Assembly: GCA_043228905.1 (NCBI GenBank)
Contig: JBHGNT010000004.1
Coordinates: forward strand, 20,088,001-20,152,000
DNA from: Azolla caroliniana
Lineage: Eukaryota; Plantae; Polypodiophyta
Direction: 5' to 3'
DNA: 64,000 nucleotides
In this document: one piece after another, positions 41,478 to 56,200 of the stretch
How the letters are laid out: each line of letters opens with the position of its first letter
How positions within the stretch are numbered: position 1 is the first letter of the stretch
Program-made: the position numbers and the translations under genes
Notes under the pieces: model-generated
The model's input: the letters and a program-made list of their open reading frames with translations, nothing else
Told to the model about the DNA's origin: nothing
Databases searched by the model: none

Positions 41478-44400
41478 TCATGAGTATGGATGATGTCGAT
41501 GTCGTTCTTTGTCTCTTGCTAGTTTGTATGAGCTATGATAATCCCTTTCAGAGCTGTGGTACTCCCTCTCTGTTCAAAATACAATGATTTTGATACTTTG
41601 GCATGAGTTTTACAAAACAAAAACATTCACTCCACCACATAATGTTATTTGAATTTTAAACTCACCTCGATTAGATCTGTGATGCCTGACCTTCTCTGAG
41701 TAACCTAATAAATTGAATAACACATTGTCAACTGCACAATTGCATTTGATTTCCAATATTAAAAGCAAGGTTCTAGACCAAAATAAAAAAAGAGAACTGC
41801 AAATAGCAAAACATGTACAAAGTCGCCACTTTTGCTTCCCCCAACTCAAGCAACAACGGGCATCCTTTTTGTTGAGAGACTTTTTGTACAAATCACATCC
41901 CACATTGAGGTTTGATATGCTATCATAAATGTACATACAGATATAAGTTATACACCTTATTAATATGAATAAAATACATTAACCCAGTAGTTTGATAATA
42001 GCCTTATAACATGTCAAAAAACTCAAAAGAAAATGTCAGGCAATTGTGGTTACAGCATTACAAATCTATCCAGCTACAAGACTATAAGCTTTTTGGATAC
42101 AGTAATTAAATACTAGATTTTTTGTCATTTGAATTGTACATCCCCCTCAATTGTAGCACCTGATCACACAATGAGTGACTGACGATTATAAAACCTATTT
42201 CATGACTGACAAGGGATAAAGGATCGGACCTATCTTTCGTAACAATACAACCCATTTATCCCACATTTCTTTGCCGTCACTGATCATTGAAGGTTTGAAT
42301 GGTAGATGGTGCAAACCCTACCAAGCAATATCTAGTTTCTTGCACTCTTGGAGCTAATAAGCAAAACTTCATCAACCATAGCCTTGGCATTGGACAAAAA
42401 TTACATTTATATGCCACAGTATCTTAATATCTAAGTTATAATATTTAGGAAACAAACTTATAAACATAATGGAGAGTATTTTTCAGAAAAAATGCAAAAT
42501 AAACGGACTCCAAAGATTCATGTACATATTTTTTCTTCTCATAAACAGCCAGAAAGGATATGTGGGCATCAAATATTTGCCTGGTGTTTTGCAATTTTTA
42601 GGATCAATGATTTTTAACTTGGAACCCTAATTTTGACTGATGTTTGCTCATAGACACAACTTTAACAAGGAGTCAAAAGGGAGGAAAGTTCATAGATTTG
42701 GGGTGCATGTTAAGCAATTTGAACAATCAAGTGTGTATGTGTAACCTTGAGGGTTTTAACGTAGATATATTCAGAATTTTATGTAATGAAAGCAAACTGT
42801 GACTGAAGTGTCTACTACCAAAAAGGCTCTGCAGTCATGAAAATTAAATATTAAGAGTCATGGGCAGCTTAGGCACCTGTGTCTTTACTCCGTTGGTTGA
42901 GATGATATCTATCCTTCAAATGTTGCCTATCTCTGTCATACTCATTGTCTTGGTCCTTGCTTTGGTTTCTATTTTGCATCTTCTCCTGGTCTCTCTCCCA
43001 ATCACTGCCAATTTCCCTTCCTTTCTCTGGAAACTTTGGCCTGCCTTTTTCCTTCTCTTTAATTTTCTTGTCGGTATTACTTGCTTCCTTACTTCTACCA
43101 GATGAAGCTTCTTCATCCTCATGGGCAGTTTCCTTTGCCTCGTCCGATTCATCTCTATTGAGTGTACAGGCAATTATCTCATCATATAGTCTCTTTGAGT
43201 CTTGTAATGATGAAGAGTTCTTCAGCTTGTCAACTGCTACTTTCACCAGGATCTCACAAGAATTTACATTTGATATAGAACCCTGCTCTGGTTTAGCTCC
43301 ATTAGCAGAAATATTACCTATCAAACAGTCCTGCAGTTACAATGCCAAAGAATACATAACAAAATTGAGAAGAAAAATAACATATATAAATATGAGGTAA
43401 AATGTGACTTACCTTACCAATTGATAGAGGTTCCCATGCCTTACTTGTCAATACAAAGGACTTGGAATCTTTGGAAACCTCAATATAGCTGGGCTTTGGC
43501 TGACTATAAAGGTTTGCCAGAACTCTGCACACTTCATCAATATCCTCTTTCTCAGCGTCAAATACCTTCCACCAGGGTGGAGATTCTGGCAAGCTCACAC
43601 TGAACCTCCTAGCAGCAGCATATACAACACCACATGCAACTACTTCACTTTTGAAACGCGTGGAGAGAGTAGTCCTTAAGCTACAGTCAAGAAGATGAAA
43701 TTTCAAACAAAAAACCTAAGATCACAAACACCCAATCAATCATATAGCCATGCATGCATCACAGTCTAAGGGGATGGACAAGGGTAGTCATTATGCTGGG
43801 CACAAAACAATACCAAATTACCATTATAAAATCTACCAATACAATAATCAAGTGATCTTATACTCATATATGAATCATATTCCAAGTGTTTACCTGTCAT
43901 TTGCTAAATTCCATGCTTCTTGCATCATTTTCGCTGGTGCATGCAGTTGAAGTAAATAATTGATAATGAATTTATGTGGATGCTCTACATGACAGATAAA
44001 TCCCATCTCTTTTAGAAGATGACGTTCTGTTCTTATGAGGTCAATTTTTAATTCTTCATATTTCTGCACAGCAGGAAAGATTCCAATTAGAATGCAGCCT
44101 TGGAGGCAACCTTTGACTGTCTTATGATTACTCATGCATGGACAGCCTAAGAGATATGAAATAACCTTGGAGAAAGGATCCAAGAAGTCAAGAGGTTTGT
44201 TTTCTCGACGACATTCCATCCTATAAAAGACATTCAGGACATGCTGAGCTTTCTTTGGACTTTCCTCAAGTTTTGCAGCAAGCCACAAGCAACTAGCAGC
44301 TACTCTCTACATAGAACGAGAAGGCGTCATGATTTAAATCAATAACTATTAGACTCCCAATATGAAAAATTCAGAAAGGGAAAAGTAGAAATATAAGCAC

Positions 44401-46333
44401 AGTGTAAACCTTAACATTGAATCTTGCAAATTATTTCTTGCAGAAAAAACGTTGAAGTAGCACCTGGCCAGTTGCCATGACTGCTTGGGGCCTGCAATTC
44501 AGAAATAGTATAACACATAAGCAAACACAATCCTTGAAATAAAACTTACATTATGCAAATTTAGATCTCATTCAAAGTTATAGTTACAAATGATAAATAT
44601 GTCAACATCAATCCTTATGCCAGAATGGCGTTATCTATAAATTGTAATAAGTCATGAACTTTAATGAAAGGTAGGAGTACATTTTCGTAAAAACAATAGA
44701 CAAGCATGATCCTTGATATAGAACCACCTTATCTATACCTGGGCCTCACATGAAGGAATAACAACAAGGGGTGAACACATTAGCATACATGATCCTTGAA
44801 GCAGGAACACATTACACATGAAAGTTGGTATTGAACACTATCCATGGAATGGAACTTCACATTAGAGGTGTGTGACCCTAAAACCTTATATCGAGTGCTC
44901 CAAAAATATCTAGCTGATGATTATATGCCTCTAATACAAAGCTAATAGATTCACACTTGATCCTTGAAATGGAATTCAAATTAATCATAAATGTTGTTGA
45001 CCTCGCAGAAAAGTGCGATTCAATATAAGATGGATGGCAAGTATGTTACCCAAACACTGTCATCCATGAGCTTGATTGGAGTCAAATTTGGTAAAAATAA
45101 AAAGGGTGACATAATTCTTGATAAGAACCGCCTTATTCATAAATGTTGGCCTTGTATAAGGGCACAGTAACAAACGGTGAACAGAATTGAAGCAGAAACA
45201 CGCTATACATCAATGTCAGTTGCAAACACTATCCTTGTGATGCCTAAAACCTGATATCATGTGCGCCAGAAATACAGCCTAATGATTCTATACTTTCTAT
45301 ACAAAGATAGCAATGAATCTTAGTATCATATTACAGATTTCCATAACCCATGGAACTCAAATTATTCATTAATGTTGATGTTACAGGAAGTACACTTCGA
45401 TATAACAAGAATGACAGGTATGCTACCCTAAACCCTACCATCAGGTGCTCAAAGAAATCTCTAGCTCGTGTCTCCTGTAGCATAGAAGCTGAACAAAAAT
45501 CTCAAGCGTTAATCAGTTAAAATATGTCTCTTTCGGATGGAATAGCACACAGTATATCCATGAATATTCACCTCGCGCAATGGTGCATTCTACAGTTACA
45601 CAACTAAGAGGTATTTTACCCTAAAACTTCTAATAATGTGTTCTAGAAATTTTTACCTGATGATTCTACAGATCGTGCCTCTTAAGGAAAACATATATGG
45701 CGATAATATAAACCTGTGTATTTCTGCGGAAATGTTACATGGCCAACTAGCATGTTACACTAAAACCTGCAATCAGGTGCACTAGGAATTCTTAGCGCTT
45801 GAGATCGTACCGCCTCCGAGCAATGCTATAGATAGATAACATAAAATATTGCTTGAGAAGCGTTGTTTAGAGATAACATGAATCTTAAAGTGTTGATTCC
45901 GAAATATTACAATGCTAAGAGTTATGATGCAATCACATGTTTTTTAGAGACCTGTATCTGATGATTCTGTGCATCTGCAAGTCAACATTATACAAAGATA
46001 ACATAAATCTTAGTGTATCTTCTGCAGTGTTTCAGAAGCTAACAAATTGTAATGATAGAACTCTGGTTTACCACACACACACACGCATAAACAAACAAAC
46101 TCTTGCAGATTTTCAGAATCTAGAAAATTAAGAACAAAAGATAAATCCAACACACACAAGATATTGATGCACAAACACATTTCTGTATAGCTTGAGATGA
46201 GCAATAAAAACCTAATCTTCAGGCACAACATAGAAACTAGAGAATGGATGATTGTACAGAGAGAGAGAGAGAGAGAGATAACAAACGAATTCCTGCAAAT
46301 TTTCTAAAATTTCAAATTCCTGAAACAAGAAAA

Positions 46334-46386
<53 letters not shown>

Positions 46387-46646
46387 TGTGTGTCTGTAAA
46401 CACGGGATATCCAATAATGCAAAATATTTCTGAGACAAAACAAGTAAATCCACAGAACATGAAAAGAAAGAATATATGTTGAGAAGAAAATTACAGTTTT
46501 AGGAGTATCCCAGCTTCTTGAATGAGCTCACATCCGAAGAGACGAAGAGTGTTCTCCGTCAGCTCGTCAATGGAATCCTTCCGAGAAGGAGAATTGAGGA
46601 GCTGCTCCGGTGTCAGGTAAAACGTGTCGATGGCCGTATAGATCAT
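41478..46646 (-). CDS. CYCL1: Cyclin L1, 8 exons; in-frame TAA in exon 2 (null allele, pseudogene or sequence error)
   Basis: Exons 46646-46495, 44491-44410, 44306-44166, 44063-43894, 43680-43413, 43330-42877, 41704-41666, 41569-41478. Reads MIYTAIDTFYLT...LPQAVMATGQVL...WLAAKLEESP...HVEHPHKFI...RHRHHPYS*. Confidence 0.9.
46335..46395. repeat. (TG)n microsatellite in cyclin L1 intron 1
   Basis: Long TG run. Confidence 0.95.
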
Positions 46647-47194
46647 GAGGTCGAACGGAAGAAGATGTGAAGGAGAAGGTAAAGGAATAAAGATGAGAAG
46701 GAGTGAAAGATGATGACGATGATGATGATGATGGAGGAGGAGGAGGAGGAGGAGGAGACGAAGAAGAAGAAACAGAAAGAAGGATGAAAAAGAAAAGAGC
46801 AGAAAGCAGGAGAAGGAGAATAAAGAGCAATGCGAGGAAGAAGAAGAAGCTCGACAGGACGTTTGAGGAAAAAGAAGACAAAGAAAAAGCAGCGGACGAA
46901 TAAGAAGGATGGAAGCAGAAGATTTGTGGATTGTACTTCTCTTTTTTGCTTTTCCTGTTTCTTAGGTTCCCTGTCTGCAGAGAAGAAGAAGAAGAAGAAG
47001 AAGCCGATGAAAAAAGAGAGCTCCTCCGCCCGTCATGTTTAGCGGCGTTGGGACGCTATCTTTAGCGGCGCTCCGCCTCTCTCCCATCCGTAAATAAATG
47101 TTTACATATATCATACGGGAATGAATGAATGTTTTGCGTTATGTTTTTCTCCTCCTCCTAGCGAGAGAAGCGGATCAATTGACTAATTATTTCA

Positions 47195-50100
47195 CTTCAC
47201 TCCCAGACCAAACTTGAGTGTGCACATTTACACGGGATCATCAATTTTTTTTCTAGGTGTTCTACATATCCAAACCATGGGCATTTGTTGCTGAGATTAC
47301 AATAGTTCCAGACCAAACTGGAGTGTGCACATCCATGCGGGATCAGTATTTCGTCTGGGTGTTCCACATTTCCAAACCATTGGCATTTGTTGGTGAGATT
47401 ACGATAGTCCACTAAAAGTGTTTGAATGGGTGTTGGTGTTGGAAGAAGGTGAATGGTTCGGTGGGTGTGGAATGTTTGAGGAGTGGCAAGGGTCCTTCTT
47501 GTATAAGATTGATGGTATTGAATAAACCCGTTGAGACCAAATGATAATTATATGCGAGTAGCATTGACACTGATTGTTTGCATCCAAAGGGGACAAAAAC
47601 AAGGAATATTATTTCGTTGTTTGCTATCTCAATGTCTTGTTTGCTAAGGCACAAACTTTATGGGTTTTGTTAAGGTTAAAGTAGAGGCGTGAGTGAGTGA
47701 GTTCATGTTTCTAGAACCATTGGTGTCACAAAAAAAGTGAGCTCCACAAGGGAAGCTCGAGTACCATGAAGATGGTGATGGGGGTTGGGGATGTTGATAG
47801 ATTCCTTAGATTATGTATTCATGTCCTAAACCACTATAGGACCAATTGTTCAATGTGATGGATCACTCTTTTTTCGTAGAGGCAATGATGGTGAGTGGCC
47901 TATTGTTAGAGATCATTTCTAATGTCAGCATAAAATGAGGAAAAAGAGGATAGATAATAAAGAGAAAGAGAGAGATAAAGACAGAGAAAGGTGTCGATCC
48001 ACTTGACCGCCCTCAAGCAAAGGGATCGAGACGTGCCCTGGAGGGTTGTCTCAATACTAGGATTAGAAGCAACACACCCTTCTTTATGCTCTCGATTAGC
48101 CCTCACACTTTTACCCTTGCGTATAAAATACTACAATGTAGACTATATGTGGGATAAATTATGGTTATGCTCGTAACACCTAGCAATGTTAGTATGGTGG
48201 TGAAGGCATATTATCATGGACATCATTTCTCATGTTGTTTACTATTGTTGTTTGTGACAGTGGTGATACCATGACATCTCATTCGTATGTTGTAGGATTC
48301 TTTAAAAGAGATGCATGGATGATCTTGATATTTTGTCTTGTGTAGGTTGACAAGATTTTAGAGTGTGAATGACCAATTGAAAATGTCATTGGCAATGATT
48401 GGAACTAACGATGTAGATGCAACATTTGAGAAAGAAACCAATGTTTTTTTCAAGATTTTGAACCCGTCAACATGGATTGGGTGTGTTAATGTGGGAGAAA
48501 GATCACACAATTTCTACGTTAGTACATGGGTGGTGCAATGTTGGGACACGTGTTCTTTACGACAACACGTGTGCATTGTTTGTTAAACATGTGGGCAAGA
48601 GGGAGCCATGGGTTATTTTCTAGAACACGTATCTAAAGTGGGGGACACATGATCTCGTGAGAGTACATGGCGTGTTGGGCACATTTTCACTCTAGAGAGT
48701 TGGCTCATTAACATTGCACAATTTATTTTCTTCATGTGTGGGCTCGCATTTAACAACTTTTAAGAGCATACAATGGTCATCTAAATGCAGGGTTTCTTTA
48801 GTGAAAGCACAAATATGATTTTAACACACTGTTCTTCGGTGAGTTTGAGTCTAATTAGGAGTGCAATCTTCTATAGAGGAGCTTGTAGTTCCATTGGAGA
48901 TCTTGGAAGACAAAGGCACAGGTGATGGCGAAGCCGATGATGGTGATAGCAATGGTGTCAATAAGAAGAGAGGGCAGTTGGTGGTGATGGAGTAGGGACA
49001 ATGATTGTCATGGTGATGGCGATGGTGTAAGTGAAGTCTCTTGAGGAGACCATTATGGGATTAATAGTGAGTGCTAGGTCGTGTTGAATAAGAGCTTGAA
49101 AGGAGAGATGACATAGAGGAGGGACAAAGGCAACAAAGAGACCACGATAATGGAAAAGCAATACAAAGAGAAAAAAGAAAAAAGAAGCTCGTGAAGGTTT
49201 TAAGGAAAGAAAACAATTGAAGGAAAAGATAAAAATTAAGGTTTGATAAGGATGAGTGATGAGGTTGTTGGGGGCTGAAGCATACTTTCATGAGGGCACG
49301 AGGAGAGTAGAATCATTCTCTTTTATGGTTTACGAGTGTTGGTGTGGAGTTGGAAGCATATTCTTGAGGGTTGGCGAGAGTACATGCTTTGAAGATATGA
49401 GATTTTAATGCTATCATCACCCCTTTACACATGTTTCTTTGAAATAATTTAGTACACAACAACAAATTGGAATACCTTGCTCAATTCCAACCATTTGAAG
49501 TCATTGGCAAAATTTTCATCACATTCCAGAATTTCTAAAGCTGATTGATTTTGTAGGCATGTTTTTGTGAAAGGTTGAGGCGTGCTTTTGAGAAGTTGGC
49601 TACTTTGTTGGGTTTTTTTCTGGAGGTTTGACTATTCATCTTGTTCATTTGGAGACGAACATGGCTTCATTGTATTTTCTTTGTCTCTAAAGATTGGTTA
49701 CATGTGTTTCTTACTTATCTTTACTTACAAAGATTGACTATGGTCATATGTAATATTGGACTATTTTGTATAAGGCATTTGGCCACCGTAATTCCAATAC
49801 CAATGGAGGATATATTTTCAATAAAAATGCAAGACAACGAAGGTGAACAAAAAAGTGGAAAAGAAGATGGGCAAGTCGTTAAAATAGAAGGTTTTGCTTG
49901 TGAACTCACCTTTACCTCGTGCATGTGTGGCTATTAGTTTATTGTGTGTCACAACAATGCTTCGTGTTTTAACTTCTATGGCATCAGACAAAATCAAAGT
50001 TAACAAAAGGGGTATGGTGTGATTATAATATTTTCATGCTTGACCACTACCCCTATTTAGTGTATTAGAGACCGAGTGGAAGAGTTTGGCTCCACCGTGT

Positions 50101-51250
50101 GAAACTCCAAAAGACTCGATATTGATGATAAAGCACATGTCTTTTGAATAGCGACTTTGGTCGGTCCTCAATAAATCCATGAGTAAATGAAGAGAACCAT
50201 TTTCGTTTCAATGAAGAAGATGGAAGCATCAGTAAGAGATCTAGAATGTTTGATAAACCCATTCACCAAATTATCTTAAGTATATCATAGAATAACCTCA
50301 AAGTCCAATGTGAGAGGTTATAAATTGGGGTTGGAGACTTGGACACTGGAGTTGCTAGCACCACAAATACAAATATCTCCTCCTTCCTTCCTTCTTTGCA
50401 TAACCTTCATAGAGATATAATAAAATTTTGATGGGGTCTTGAATTTGTTATTGTCGAAGCAAGAGGCTCGGGAGTTTCTTGAGGTTTCACCTTCACCCTA
50501 ACTAAATCATAAGCAAGAGACTATATCTCTTGATATGAGAGGACATCAATCATGACTTTCATGGACACCTGAGTTGAGAAGTGGCTCAATATATATTTTT
50601 GTATCGACATGGATTGGCTCTTAAATTTGCTCTCTCGTGTTTAAGAGCCAATCATTAAATAATAATTGTCTCTTAAATTTGAGAGAGCAAGGTAAGGACT
50701 CTATGACTCCTAGATGCACTAAGCTCAATTTTTGCAACAACTCTGGTGACTTGTCTTTTTTAAATCAAAGCAACATTGGGATTTGGCTCTACGCATCTTG
50801 GATTGTCCAACCAAATGGCTCTAATTTTGGCTCAACATGATCATTTTACACGTATTCTAGTTGACTAAAATCCTCGAAACTATTACCGTGGATTGGGTTG
50901 TTAGCTCACTAGTTGGATTACTATTACAAACGAGAGAAATATTCATTGATACATGTCATAAACCACCACGATACAAGCGTAAACATCTTGATTGGCATTT
51001 TTGCTTCTTGATAATATACAATGATCTTAAACAATGTATTGCTTTTACGAGGTTAGCGTGGAACCCTCTATCAAAATTGGTTTTGGTGCCTGCAATGGCC
51101 TCAAAATTGTCGTTACCATTTAAGCAAACTTCTACTAAGATTTAGAACTTAACCCGTTTGGTGCTCAAATCCTCCTTCACATAAGAGGGTACCACATTAC
51201 ACAAACTTGACTAATTGCCCCTATAAGTGATTTGGGGGGTGTCCGTGAAA
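47195..51250. mobile_element. Highly decayed repeat/TE remnants between the divergent CYCL1 and eIF2A genes
   Basis: Direct duplication of about 105 bp at 47200-47410 and an LTR-like stretch near 47950-48130. No intact domain is recognisable, so no family is assigned. Confidence 0.35.
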
Positions 51251-52007
51251 GGTAAGAAGCAAATACATAAAAGATTGCATCATTATGTAACCAATGACAT
51301 ATTGTTCCTCTAATACCACTTTGTCCTATGGAATATTATTACATTCAAGAAAGCCAGGTAGTATAACATGTAAGGTACAATAAGATAACCTCCTTATCAC
51401 AAACTTCATATCATGTTTTTCTTTTTTCCCATTCGTATGTTGTTTGAATACCAAAGGTTGCTTGAAATTCCTAGATAAAACCATGATAATCTTTTAGAAA
51501 TGGCAACCTCTTTTTGAGAAACGGTAGTGGCATACCTACTAATGAAGTTCTAACTGATCCAACTAGAACAACATCAGTCGAGCGTGGGCTAGAATGCATC
51601 TGAATCACCAAAACTCACTCAAATTGAGAAACATTGGAATTCAAACTACGTATTATTGAACTTTGTAGGGAAACTAATATTTGGTTTCTTGGTGGAGTTT
51701 GTAGTTCCAAATATTGTTGTCAAAGATATAACAGAGTTGCTTCTAGCAAATGGACTTCATGAGATAACCCTTGTTAGATCAATGTGCGTTTTGGCATTCA
51801 CATGTAATTGGTATTTGGGTAGCTTCTGATTCTCTCGCTCTTGTGCCCCAAACCTGGTTGTGAGGCTGTCTGAATAAAAAAAGACATGCATAGTACATTC
51901 TATCCAACTGATTGATAAACTTTGTATCTATTGTGATATACACAAGAAGGAAGTGGAAACTCATTTGCCATTTTAGTGGAAGTAGAAAAGAGAGTTGTGC
52001 AGAGAAG

Positions 52008-52360
52008 AATGGAGACACTCATTTGACTCACCTCCCTCTATTACTTAAGACACACCATATACATGGTCTATTTTGATGCACCAAGGAATGTGAGGTTTGA
52101 ACTCGTGACCTTAATGGAGACACTCGTATGAGTAAGACTCACCTCCCTCTATTACTTAAGACACACCATATATATGGTCTACTTTGATGCACCAAGGAAT
52201 GTGGGGTTTGAACTCATGAACTTCTGATCTTTGCTCCACAAAACCTTGTATATGTTCTTGATTCCCTTTACTTCAATCTACGCTTTGATGCACCAAGGAA
52301 TGTGGGGTTTGAACTCATGACGTTCTGATCTTGCCCAAAAACCTTACTAACTAACCTAGG
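52008..52360 (-). mobile_element. Tandemly rearranged tRNA-derived SINE-like heads just upstream of eIF2A
   Basis: Three copies of TTGATGCACCAAGGAATGTGRGGTTTGAACTCRTGA, giving a minus-strand B box GAGTTCAAAC. An A-box-like TAGGTTAGTTAG lies 5' of the last copy. Confidence 0.55.
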
Positions 52361-52486
52361 TCCATCTCGACCATCTAGCTCAGCGAACTAATTATGCAGT
52401 TACATTATATAGCCATATACATACTGTATACATATATTTCCTTGCCATTTTTGACGATGCCTCAGTAGAATTGTCGGAAGAGAGCC

Positions 52487-53168
52487 ATGGCGACCTTAAG
52501 CTTCTTTGGTAAATGTTTCGCTCTCTCTCTCTCTCTCTCTCTCTGAAACTTATTCCACCTGCAATGTGATCATGTATCTTCTTCTTTTCCTACGCAGTCC
52601 GGGAGCCTACTGGCTTGTCTTTGCTTTCTGGACCTCCTTTTGACGGTGAACCTGCATCTAAACTCATCAGGTAAGCTCTTCCTTCTCTTTACTTATGAGA
52701 ATTTATACATACATTTAAGAAATAAGGTCAAGGATTCACTTATCATTTCGATAAACTACTTGCCTGTGTATATCAAATTATTTTTATCTTGTTTTTTATT
52801 TATTTTCAAATTCCTCAAAAAGCTCAATGATTTCCCATTTAATTTGGATTAAACTTTGATGTGCACATAAAGTTTCATGCTTTGAATGTTTCATATTTTT
52901 TCTGAAGTGTAAAAGCTCAATGTAATCCAGGTTAAATTTTCCTGTATAGATAATTGCTATTACATATGCAACAAAAAGCTCAATGATATCCCTATAATTT
53001 GGTTTAAACTTTCCTCCATAGATATTGGGCCTGTTTTTTTTTCTTTCCAGTTTTACGAAAAAGCTGAATGATCTCCATGTAATTTGGATTAAATCTGCAT
53101 ATACAGATAGATTGTTTTTCGTACTGTTCCCGTTGTTTTCCATATTTCCTGATAGTATTTGCTCACAG

Positions 53169-53203
<35 letters not shown>

Positions 53204-56200
53204 GTATGTATACACATCATACAGGATACCATGTGTTTCAGCAGTGTTCAGTGATGATGGAAGCATGCTGGCCGTAACTACCGAAAAATCTGTTAACATA
53301 TATGATACACAAAGTGGTGTTGAGATTCGATTGATTCAAGTCTCTAGTGTGAAAGCTGTTGCATTTTCACCAAAAGGAACTTTCTTGCAAACGTTTGAAC
53401 CTCCTGCTCAGTCACAGAGAAATGTCACCCTATGGCATCTGAAAACGGGAGAGTCGGCTTTTCAACAATTCCAAAAGACATTCTCAAAATCATCGTGGTA
53501 TGCTACATATCTCACCTCACCTCATTTCATCTTTAATATTTTTTTAGTTTAGTCTGATCACATCGTATGGGGTTATATAAACTTTGGTTAGCTATTGCAG
53601 CAAAGAAAATCTTCAATATTGCCTTCTTCAAATGCATGGGCATCACACATTTTAAAACTAACAATCATATCATAAATTTCAATAGTGTCATATTAATATC
53701 CCATGTTCTTTGACATGGTTATTGAGCTTGCCATATGTTTGGAGCTTTCTTGATTTTCATCCCGTGGCTAGACCTTAAATCTTTATTTGAGACTCATTTG
53801 ATGAAAATGGAAGACATTTAGAGATGTAGTAGTATAGGATCCATTGCCTGCCGCAAATTTTAGCATATCTAAGTGTCTATATTTCCTAAGTTCAAATAGA
53901 TAAAATTCGTGATGATGTTCTCTCATCAAATTTGAAAAAGAATGAATTCAAATGATGGATTTGTGTTGCAATGGAAGTAGTAGAAGTGTCAAGTGGGGAC
54001 AACGCCGGGCATGCAATACTTTACATTGACTGTGGAGTGACAATTTTTAGTGAGATTATTTTCTTGAAAATGGAACCAGCAGTCATGGCCTCTGGTCACA
54101 TGAATCCACAATCTAGCTTCTCACATGTGCACTCTTGATGAGCAATGAACTTAGTTTTTTTGAGCCCTGAAATATTATGCTTTTGGCTTTTGTCACTAAA
54201 AATTGTTTCTGGTATGGGAAACATGGATGTCACGATCCATGGTAACTAACTCCAAAATGCTAAATCTGAGATGAATTATAAAAAGATCGATAGACATCCT
54301 AATCTAGATGTGGCTGGGTTTAAATAATCTGAGGTGACAATGTCGCGCTAATGCGCGTGGGTGTGCTACTTGAGCGGAACCACAGGGGTCTTGGATCAGG
54401 GAGGACGTGAACAAAGGTGGGACTCGAACGATCGGAGGACGTCAACGTTGAGAGTACTTGAAAGTTGAGGGGACTTGAACCCTTGGAGGACTCGAATGGT
54501 GAGGGAACTCGAAAGCTCCGAGAGCTGGAAGCTCGGAGGCCTCAAACTTAGCAAAGGAGTCGAACGTTGCCAAGGACTGGAGCGTGGAAGATGCGAATGT
54601 AGACAACATTGATTGAAATGAGAGGGTAATCTCACGACTAAGGGTTAACACACAAGATAAGCGTGTGATTAATTAATAATATACACCAAGTTAAACACCC
54701 AAATCACACTATTAGTCAAAACAAGTTTTTGTTTTACAAAATGCCAAGTCAGCTTCCCAAATAACGCCATGAATGCGGTGGCTTTTACAAGACAAATAGT
54801 AAACAAAAATAGGAAATGGGAGATTAGTGGGGGGACTTGGAAGCTCCAGTGAAGGTGAGTCGAGTGGACTGCCAAGAACGTGACTAATACCGATGGCTAT
54901 GATACCTCAATGTCGGAGTAGTGTCCTTGGGCCACTCCGTGCTTCCGCCAAGCACTCAATATGCTAGCTAGAAGAACCCCTTTGCGAAAACATCCACGCG
55001 CGACGAGCTTGGTGATGATGGAAATCGAGACGACCACCTAAGTAGAAGAGGAGGTAGCGAAGAAGAAGTGAAGAAAATGATATACCTTCACTCGAAATCC
55101 CAATGTCGAGCTCCAAAATGCCAAATGCCCGAAGGAGAGCCCTTCCTTCTCCTCGAGCCAACTCGAAATGCCCAAAAACGAAAAATTGAAGATGTCAAAA
55201 AATCGAAGAAGAAGCAAATGAGTCGTCTTCCCCTCTTTTTATAGGGAGAGAGGCGCCTTATTTGCATTAAATGCAAAATTTCCCTTTTTTCTTTGAAAAA
55301 GGAAAGGGGAATAAAGACTCCTTAATTCATGCTGCTGTGTCAGAGATTTGAACTATGCACCTACAATACCAAGTCAATGGTTCTAACCACTAGGCCATTT
55401 ACTTCTACTCCTTATATTTATATATTTATATTTACATATACACAGTTTGTGGCTACCATACTTTTGTCCTTTTGTATGTTTTACTACCTTCGGGCATGCT
55501 ACATCATGACATCCACCCCCACCAAATTGCACATCCTCCTGTATGTGCCAAGCATGGTAGGGTCGAAGGTAGTCAACCTTTGATTTCCTCCTCTTCGTTG
55601 TCTTGGTCATCCTTGTGACCTGTCACTTGCTCGTCATTGTGTTATATGCTTCGGGGTCATTGAGGCTCAAATCATCTTTGTGCTGTTGTCACGTAAACGT
55701 GCGCGCGTGTTACTTGAGTGGGACCACATGGGTCTTGGCTTATGGAGGACGCAAGGACTAGGAGGGCGTGGACGTTTGGAGACCTGAAGGCTTCCAGGAG
55801 TTGAAAGGTCTTCATAGTCGAAGGCTTTTTAGACTCAAAGGCTCTTTAGACGCGCATGCTCTCCAAACTCAAAGGCTCCATAGAGTTGAAGGCTCCTCAG
55901 ATTGGAAGGCACTTTGTAGGCCGAAAATGCTAGATTAAGAAGAAAAAAATCCCTTTATAAAATAGGGTTACAAATGTACATAGTAATTAGATACAAGGAC
56001 GGTAACGAAAATGATACAATGGAGACAACCATTAAGTTTAAATGGAGAGGAAAGTTGGGGAGTCGGCTGAGTTTCCGGTGAAGGTGTGAGTCAAGTGGGC
56101 CATCGAGACCGTGACTACCTCCGACGCCTAGGATGCCTCGAATCAGAGTAGTGTTCTCGTGCCACTTTGTTCTCCCCTTCAACAACTTTCGTGTGAGTTT

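Noticed and set aside
44431-44433. Stop repaired by U-to-C RNA editing
   Set aside because: That editing is organellar and would give CAA (Gln), not the conserved Ser (TCA).
46567-47042. ORFs with poly-Ser/Pro/Asp/Gly/Lys tracts
   Set aside because: Translations of the CT/GA-rich microsatellite leader and promoter of cyclin L1.
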